Positions 59,019-64,000 of a DNA stretch of 64,000 nucleotides are shown here, in pieces. This DNA is from Oculatellaceae cyanobacterium bins.114. Lineage in GTDB: Bacteria > Cyanobacteriota > Cyanobacteriia > Elainellales > Elainellaceae. How positions within the stretch are numbered: position 1 is the stretch's first letter; every line of letters starts with the position of its first letter. Position numbers and translations under genes: made by a program. The stretch spans positions 32,001 to 96,000 of the forward strand of contig JANRJA010000023.1 in NCBI GenBank assembly GCA_033764315.1. Reading direction: 5' to 3'. The notes beneath the pieces were generated by a model. It did no database searches. It was not told the DNA's origin and worked only from the letters and a program-made list of their open reading frames with translations.

Positions 59019-60083
59019 CTAAATCATGTCTCGCAACCAGGCTTCTACTCGATCGCCCATTGCAATGGACGAATAGCGTTGTTCAGCTTGCTGACGACAG
59101 GTCTGTCGATCAATTTCTCCTAACCGAGCGATCGCCTCAACCAGTCCATCAATGCTGTCGGGTTCGACGAGCCATCCGGTTTTGCCGTGTTCAACGATTT
59201 CAGCCGGTCCACCCCGTCGATAAGTAATCACCGGAACGCCACAGGCCAGAGCTTCGATCGCCACGTTGCCAAAAGCCTCGACCCATTTTGGGGTCATGAG
59301 CAAGCCGCGACAACTCCCTAAACTGCGTTGCAATTGCTCTGTTGGCAAAAACCCGCCATATTGAACAGCCGCATTGGGATAGATTTGGCGAATAGTTTGC
59401 CAATACGCTTCGTCTTGAATAGCACCCCAAATATGCAAGGGCAGAGAGGCTTGATAAGCCGCAGCGATCGCATCCTCTAGTCCTTTTTCGGGGGCAATGC
59501 GTCCTATCCAGGCAAGCCGCTCTTCGGGCACCTCACAAAAATCGTAGAGCACGAGATCTAACCCATTGCCTAAGGAACGGCACTGATCACCAAACGGAAA
59601 CGTATCTGCCTGGGCACGGCTGTGCACTCCAATCGTTCCTGGAAACTGAGTAACCACCTGTTGAATGGCGTGATCCATTGCATTTGTGAGGGAACCCATG
59701 CTCACCAAATGGGCGATCGGGCGATCAAAAAAAGGGGTTAGATAAAACGGCAGCCAATCATAAGCAAAGTTGATTAATGCGTCATAGTCTGCTTGGACTT
59801 GAGCGGCATAACGCCACATATTAGCCAACACTGCATCCTCTGGTATGACAACTGGAGCAGTGCGTTCCTGGGTTTGGGCTGCAATCTGCAACTGTCCTGA
59901 AATCTCTACAAGCGGCACATTGGCAAGGCTTGACCCTATCGGAGCAACGACCTGTAATCGATGCCCCCGGCGTTGCAACTCGATCGCGATGTTTCGCAGG
60001 GTCAGTTCGACTCCACCACCTAAGCCAGTCCCTAATGCACCGACCGAGGTTGAGAGCAGTAATAGATTAAGTGTGTGAGCGAT
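59019..60083 (-). CDS. Glycosyltransferase family 4 (GT-B); probable non-canonical ATC start
   Basis: EAFGNVAIEALACGVPV and GRIAPEKG. The conserved N-terminal LLLLSTSVGALGTGLGGGVE lies upstream of the ORF-track start (59978) and in frame up to a TAG near 60096. Confidence 0.85.
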   Translation of the reverse strand: MAHTLNLLLLSTSVGALGTGLGGGVELTLRNIAIELQRRGHRLQVVAPIGSSLANVPLVEISGQLQIAAQTQERTAPVVIPEDAVLANMWRYAAQVQADYDALINFAYDWLPFYLTPFFDRPIAHLVSMGSLTNAMDHAIQQVVTQFPGTIGVHSRAQADTFPFGDQCRSLGNGLDLVLYDFCEVPEERLAWIGRIAPEKGLEDAIAAAYQASLPLHIWGAIQDEAYWQTIRQIYPNAAVQYGGFLPTEQLQRSLGSCRGLLMTPKWVEAFGNVAIEALACGVPVITYRRGGPAEIVEHGKTGWLVEPDSIDGLVEAIARLGEIDRQTCRQQAEQRYSSIAMGDRVEAWLRDMI

Positions 60084-60115
60084 CGCCTCTACTCCCTATT
60101 TTTCTACGTGGGCAA

Positions 60116-61483
60116 TTATACATCTCCCGGCAAGTGCTCCTGAGCTTTACTCGACAAGCTAGGGCTATTACCCATGTCGGGCACTCCTCGAATTCGACCC
60201 AGTTGACCCAGTGCCCAGCGTGCCGTTTCTTGCACCTCGGTATCTGGATCACTAGCGGCATGAGCCAACAGCTCACTCATTTGGCTAACGAGATCATAAA
60301 CCCGAGTAACATCTCGAATGGCGTTTTTGCGAACATCAGAACTGTGATCTTGCAAAGACAGCAACAAGGCTCGATTCATGGGCTTGAGAGTTCTAACCCC
60401 AATTTCTGAGATGGCTGCCAAAATCAAACTGCGTTGGCTTGAGTCTGCATCCATCATCAAATCAACCAGGGGTTGAACAGCTTTAGAATCGCCGACTTGC
60501 CCTAACTCCCAAATGGCTTTGCGTCGTTTAACAGGGTCAGGGCTGCGTAGATCGCCAATTAACTCATCAACAATATCAACTTTAGCTAAGCGAGTCGTCT
60601 CGTTAACCGGAGAAATTTCTGTTGGAATGGCCTCTGTGGTGGCTTCAGCGATCGTTGTTGCACCATTGCTTAGAGGCGCAGTCTGAGTGGTTGGAGTGGG
60701 TTCTGGAGTAGCCTCTGTAAAAACCTCTGTGGCAACTCTCTCCGATTTAGACGTGGGCGATCGCTCTGTGGCGGTTTCCTCATGAGAAGCGACTGAGGGT
60801 TTAGCCGCTAGAGGACGTTTAATCCGGGGGCGAGTATATCGGTAGAGAGCAAACCCCGCAACAGCAGAAGCCGCGATTAAGGCTGCCATCCACCAAAACC
60901 GCCCTCCATTAGAGGCTGTTTCTTCTGGAGTTGTTGCCCGAGAGGATGCTTCAGCGGGCACTGAAGCATTGTCTTCAACAGTTGCTGTTTGCGCCTCAGG
61001 AGAGGAGCTATTTGCAGGAGGCTCTGGGGCAGAGATATCGGCAGCAGCTTCCCGCAAACGGTCTAGGGTCGTTGTTCCCACTTGCCCATCCACTGGCAAC
61101 TCCGCTTTGCGTTGAAACGCAATCACGGCTGACTTGGTCTGATCTCCAAAAATTCCATCGGGGTCTTTCTCGTAATACCCCAGTTTTTGGAGGAGCTCTT
61201 GCAGCTCAGAGACTCGCTCTCCACGACTGCCGAGTTTTAAGATAGAGCTATCTACAGAGCTATCTACAGTGGGCGATGACGGGTCAGATTGACCTGAAAC
61301 CGCAGGATTATTAGGGGTTTGGGCAATGACTCCATTGACATAGCCTTGCATCACCTGATTTTGAATCGCTGAGAGTGAGGGAGGATTTAAGGCGATCGCC
61401 TCAGCAGGCCTAACTCCTAACGCCGAAGTCACGCTCAACCCGGTGATGTAAGAAATAAAGAATAAATTGATGCGATGGGACAT
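60116..61483 (-). CDS. Peptidoglycan-binding domain, TM helix and HEAT-repeat protein
   Basis: LKLGSRGERVSELQELL..LGYY...DGIFG..T..AVIAFQ (PG_binding_1 type); TM WWMAALIAASAVAGFAL; HEAT RRKAIWELGQ and DTEVQETARWAL. Confidence 0.85.
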   Translation of the reverse strand: MSHRINLFFISYITGLSVTSALGVRPAEAIALNPPSLSAIQNQVMQGYVNGVIAQTPNNPAVSGQSDPSSPTVDSSVDSSILKLGSRGERVSELQELLQKLGYYEKDPDGIFGDQTKSAVIAFQRKAELPVDGQVGTTTLDRLREAAADISAPEPPANSSSPEAQTATVEDNASVPAEASSRATTPEETASNGGRFWWMAALIAASAVAGFALYRYTRPRIKRPLAAKPSVASHEETATERSPTSKSERVATEVFTEATPEPTPTTQTAPLSNGATTIAEATTEAIPTEISPVNETTRLAKVDIVDELIGDLRSPDPVKRRKAIWELGQVGDSKAVQPLVDLMMDADSSQRSLILAAISEIGVRTLKPMNRALLLSLQDHSSDVRKNAIRDVTRVYDLVSQMSELLAHAASDPDTEVQETARWALGQLGRIRGVPDMGNSPSLSSKAQEHLPGDV

Positions 61484-61911
61484 GATTATCCGAGTTCGAG
61501 AATTACATCTGGACTGATGGGTTTCAGGTGAACTCAATGAGCTTCAATCCTAGTGATTGTAGATACAAATGCTGACCTTGCTTTGACAGGCTTCTATCAA
61601 AAGCGAACGACTAACCCCGCGATCGCAGCGTTAACTGTCACTGCGCCTGAAATGCTAGAAGCTAATTTTCTAGCAAGAAGAATCTTCATGCAAGCGACGC
61701 ATTGCAGTGCCCCCTGTATCCCTAAATCAACACTTAAGGATTGCTAATTATTCTAGTCCTTTGATGCTGGCTCAGTATGGTAATCCTTCCATTTGTAAGA
61801 AATATTATTTTGCTACCAACAAAATTTCTGATAGGAATTAAACTCCTTTCTTCAGTAGTCTTAAGCTACTTGAAGTTCTTTAAAAGACACTTTAACCAAA
61901 CTTCCGCGACT

Positions 61912-63018
61912 TCATAAGGGGCTCTCAGGTTCTCCTTCTGAGAGCACTAATTGCCCATTTATCTCCGCATTAGTAGGGCTAAGTGGCGTGCCTTCTGAGA
62001 CGGTGATAATACTGGAGTCCAAAGCCATCTGTTGCTCTGGCTTAGATCGGAATAGTTGTAATAGAAAGTCTCGCTGATTGATTAGATAAATACTCACTAG
62101 CGTCAGGCTCACGCCAAACCATTGCACAGGAGTCAAAACCTCTGATAGTAATAAATTGCCAAAGAGGAGAGCAAACACAGGAGTCAAAAACGTCAAAGAA
62201 CTCAAACTTGTCAGGTTGCCACTCGCCGCAAAGTAAAAGAACAACCCATAGGCGATCGCGCTGCCAAATAGCGTGGCATAACTCAATGCCAACCAGTCAT
62301 AGCTGTTGAGGTTAATCCACTGCTGCGACTCATAAAAAGCCGACAAGACAAACAGCGGCACGCCTCCCAAGATCATGTGCCAACCCGTTGCAATGATGGG
62401 GTCAACATGCTGACAGACATATCGCACTAAGACCGTGCCTACGGCCATTGACAACGCTGCCAAGAGCATGAGCCACTCCCCACTTTGGAATAGCTGCTGC
62501 AACACATTGACATCGGCTGATCCGGCGATCGCCCCCCACTGCCCATGCAACGTGGCCAACACCCAGTCATCAGGCAAGCCAATCAAACTAATGCCAACAA
62601 TGCCAAAGGCCAACCCCAGCCAACCCCAAAAACCGACCTGCTCGGCAAAGAGAAATCGTGCCATCAAAGCCACTGCGAGGGGTTGTGAGTCAATCATGAC
62701 TGAGCCAAGTCCGGCACCTGTTCTGACTAAGCCTTCTGCTAAGAAACCCTGAAATAAAGCCCCATCGACTAGCCCAAAGAGAGCAATCCACAGCCACGCC
62801 AACCAGGTCTTGGGCTGAGAACGCCCCATCACCATCGCCACGATGAGAATGAGTGCGCCTGCGGGCACTAACCGAACTCCTGCCATAAACAGAGGAGTGG
62901 TGTGATCAACAGTCCCCTTCATGGCAACCATTGCGGTTCCCCATAAGAAAAAGGGAGCAATCAACAAGAGCGGCGCAACACCCAGCTTGGACTCAGTTAG
63001 CTTGAACTGCATTAGCAT
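61912..63018 (-). CDS. DMT/EamA family transporter
   Basis: PFFLWGTAMVAMK, GLGSVMIDSQPL and SSLTFLTPVFAL; about 10 TM helices. Confidence 0.9.
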   Translation of the reverse strand: MLMQFKLTESKLGVAPLLLIAPFFLWGTAMVAMKGTVDHTTPLFMAGVRLVPAGALILIVAMVMGRSQPKTWLAWLWIALFGLVDGALFQGFLAEGLVRTGAGLGSVMIDSQPLAVALMARFLFAEQVGFWGWLGLAFGIVGISLIGLPDDWVLATLHGQWGAIAGSADVNVLQQLFQSGEWLMLLAALSMAVGTVLVRYVCQHVDPIIATGWHMILGGVPLFVLSAFYESQQWINLNSYDWLALSYATLFGSAIAYGLFFYFAASGNLTSLSSLTFLTPVFALLFGNLLLSEVLTPVQWFGVSLTLVSIYLINQRDFLLQLFRSKPEQQMALDSSIITVSEGTPLSPTNAEINGQLVLSEGEPESPL

Positions 63019-63510
63019 TCGTCCATAATTTATGTATTGATTCTAAGTCAATCTATATAGTTTTGTTAAGACAAATATGAGAATCAGAGGTCAGTGTTCT
63101 GCGTTAACCGTCAATTGTGAATCAGGGTGCTGAGTGAGGGCAGCACCCCTTGCAAGGAGGGTTGAGGGTTAAGCAGCCATTGATATACGGGGAAATAGGG
63201 CAGGAGGCGGCAGGAAAATCGTCTTCATATCCTGAGATTTGGAAAATAATTGGAGAATAATTGGAAATGTTGTTTTCTCGGTCTCCTCACCCTTTGGCTG
63301 ACTTAGCCTTCTACTGGTTCTCTATTATTCCCTCATCTCCTTCAGGGGGATCTGTTTCACCAAACCGCTTGAAATTAGGGCAAACTAGAATTCAGCTTTA
63401 TTGATAAGCTTCGTTCACAATTGAGTAAAAAGGACTGTTTTGGTGAGGGTAAGCCTTACTGCAATTCAGACCACGACCCGCAATTTTTGATTTTGAGTAT
63501 TTAAAACATT

Positions 63511-64000
63511 ATGGTTTGGCCTTTTAAGCCACGGTTTCGCAAACAAATTGCCCGTATTGAAGTGAATGGCGCGATCGCCGGAGCTACTCGCAAACGAGTG
63601 TTAGAGGCTCTTAAAACGATTGAAGAGCGCAAATTTCCAGCCTTACTCCTGCGAATTGACAGCCCGGGTGGCACAGTTGGAGATTCTCAAGAGATTTACA
63701 GTGCCCTGAAAAAATTAGGGGAAAAGATCAAAATCGTGGCTAGTTTTGGCAATATCTCTGCATCAGGTGGAGTCTATATTGGCATGGGTGCAACTCACAT
63801 TGTTGCCAACCCCGGCACGATCACAGGCAGCATTGGTGTGATTTTGCGGGGCAACAATCTAGAACGGTTGTTGGATAAAGTCGGGGTTTCTTTTAAGGTG
63901 ATCAAGTCTGGCCCTTATAAAGACATTCTGGCGTTTGATCGAGAGCTAACCGATCCCGAAAAGCACATCTTGCAAGAATTGATTGATGTCAGCTACGGCC
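63511..64000 (+). CDS. sppA: Signal peptide peptidase SppA (36K type; runs off the window end)
   Basis: Not in the ORF track. My translation is MVWPFKPRFRKQIARIEVNGAI...LLRIDSPGGTVGDSQEIY...SASGGVYIG...TGSIGVI...KSGPYKD. Confidence 0.92.
   Translation, partial: MVWPFKPRFRKQIARIEVNGAIAGATRKRVLEALKTIEERKFPALLLRIDSPGGTVGDSQEIYSALKKLGEKIKIVASFGNISASGGVYIGMGATHIVANPGTITGSIGVILRGNNLERLLDKVGVSFKVIKSGPYKDILAFDRELTDPEKHILQELIDVSYG

Overview
A 64-kb chromosomal segment of a cyanobacterium. The HIP1 octamer GCGATCGC is very frequent, STRR-type heptamer repeats are present, and gap2, furC, ictB, CRR6 and Ycf55-like genes occur. Most of the window is housekeeping or conserved cyanobacterial genes: EF-G-like, gap2, nadD, murC-murB, thioredoxin, cryptochrome DASH, rpsF, glyA, MscS, cysE, ileS and sppA. 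I found no rRNA, tRNA, CRISPR array or intact transposase. Notable accessory features: (i) an AT-rich, HIP1-free islet after cysE with a decayed toxin-antitoxin pair, an Abi-type N-terminal domain fused to a PD-(D/E)xK nuclease, and a neighbouring Uma2 nuclease (candidate anti-phage locus); (ii) small mobile or palindromic repeats, including a 192-bp MITE with TIRs and a target-site duplication, REP-like palindromes, and in-frame repeat insertions inside nadD and a large membrane protein; (iii) a glycosyltransferase whose only plausible start codon is an ATC inside a HIP1 site; (iv) tandem subtilases with an apparently permuted GYGLVNA motif; (v) an FHA/TPS-CHAT protease fusion; (vi) a coupled operon of an atypical flavin disulfide reductase, a coiled-coil protein and a degenerate ATP-grasp-like protein. 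All product calls come from motif recognition, not database searches.
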